Shown: piece after piece, positions 48,305-49,185 of the stretch
Numbering within the stretch: the stretch's first letter is position 1
Layout of the letters: each line of letters starts with the position of its first letter
DNA from: Spongospora subterranea f. sp. subterranea
Lineage: Eukaryota
Reading direction: 5' to 3'
Length of the DNA stretch: 49,185 nucleotides
Assembly (NCBI GenBank): GCA_049724395.1
Contig: JAUGWO010000146.1
Location: forward strand, 1-49,185
Position numbers and translations under genes: made by a program
The notes under the pieces: generated by a model
What the model was told of the DNA's origin: nothing
The model's database searches: none
Seen by the model: the letters and a program-made list of their open reading frames with translations, nothing else

Positions 48305-49030
48305 TATGGCGAGATCCAAGATCTGGAAAGCAAGGAAACAATTTGTAGATGATTTAGTGTCGAGGCGGCACACATCCACAAGGGTCTTGCCGAAAATGCT
48401 GGGCAAATCGTGCAGTCGTGGATCAAGAATATCCATCAGGTTATTGAGCAGCAAAATATAAAGCCGTGCAATATCATCAACATGGACCAGGTTTCAAGGT
48501 ACTTCGAGACTGAGCCGAAATCGACGATAACAACGATGGAAAGCCGCGAGGTGCTCCTACGGAAACGGGGAAGCTCACACTGCTACCTTCACCGTCCAAT
48601 CCGATGGAAAGCTTTTGACTCGGCACGTTTTGCGGTGCTTTATATCATCGACTCCTACGCGTGTCACGTTATGATGTTTAACGAGAAGCTTCTTGAGAAA
48701 TACAACGTGAACGTTGCCATTGTTCCGGCAAACATGATGAACATCTTTACAACCACTCGATGTTGGCATTAACCGATACTTTCCAGCAGTTTCACAATGA
48801 TCGCTATGAAGGATGTATTTGCCCACGCGCTCGGAAACCCGGACTTGCAGACCAAGCAAGGAAATGTCAAGGTTCCGCCTTACAAGATGGTTTCCCGATG
48901 GATTTCGGATTGGCAAGAGAGCGGCTCGATGCGAATATGGCAAAGGCTTTCAAGGCTGTGCATATGCCACCCCTCCGAATTCGATGTCGACTTGCTGCAT
49001 CCCCCTTGAAGGCCTTGTTCCACTCCGACG
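48305..49030 (+). mobile_element. pogo/CENP-B-type DDE transposase relic
   Basis: IINMDQVSRYFE, YIIDSYACH, VAIVPANMM and LDVGINRYF correspond to the DDE_1 D, D and QPLD motifs; the relic is deleted and frameshifted. Confidence 0.8.
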
Positions 49031-49185
49031 TCGATCCTGTGGCCGGCAACAAGAATTCGGGGACTTGTTGGAATCGGAGTACGCGACCCTACCTTGCATG
49101 CATATCACTGAGCCAGACTTCTACCTCCCATTTAACACAACTACCAGTTTGTTCGCCTGCATCTACCGATACAAGGTAGGAATGG

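Overview
Eukaryotic, protist-like DNA with short (~50 nt) GT-AG introns; the compact genes and gene content suggest a plasmodiophorid-type parasite (inference only). A gene-dense block at about 1.6-29.3 kb encodes a queuosine-salvage hydrolase, HOP2, a MINDY deubiquitinase, SLY1, a bacterial-type 2-methylisocitrate lyase with 8 introns, an F-BAR RhoGAP, ATAD3, a kinesin/CCDC78-like protein and a macrodomain protein. A transposon-rich block at about 29.6-49.2 kb holds Ty3/gypsy, Ty1/copia, Penelope-like and pogo-type relics. The main unexplained feature is a family of small signal-peptide proteins (two intact ORFs, three disrupted copies, two relics). Their coding middles are highly divergent, their flanks are nearly identical, and the flank variants are combined as mosaics, as expected of a recombining candidate-effector cassette family. 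One gypsy RT is split between 1349 and 20713 at a duplicated TA, with Tc1/mariner-type TIR and footprint sequences at both ends, which points to a ~19.4 kb inversion. Five host genes need a single extra base removed, so assembly indel errors are likely and pseudogene calls are tentative.
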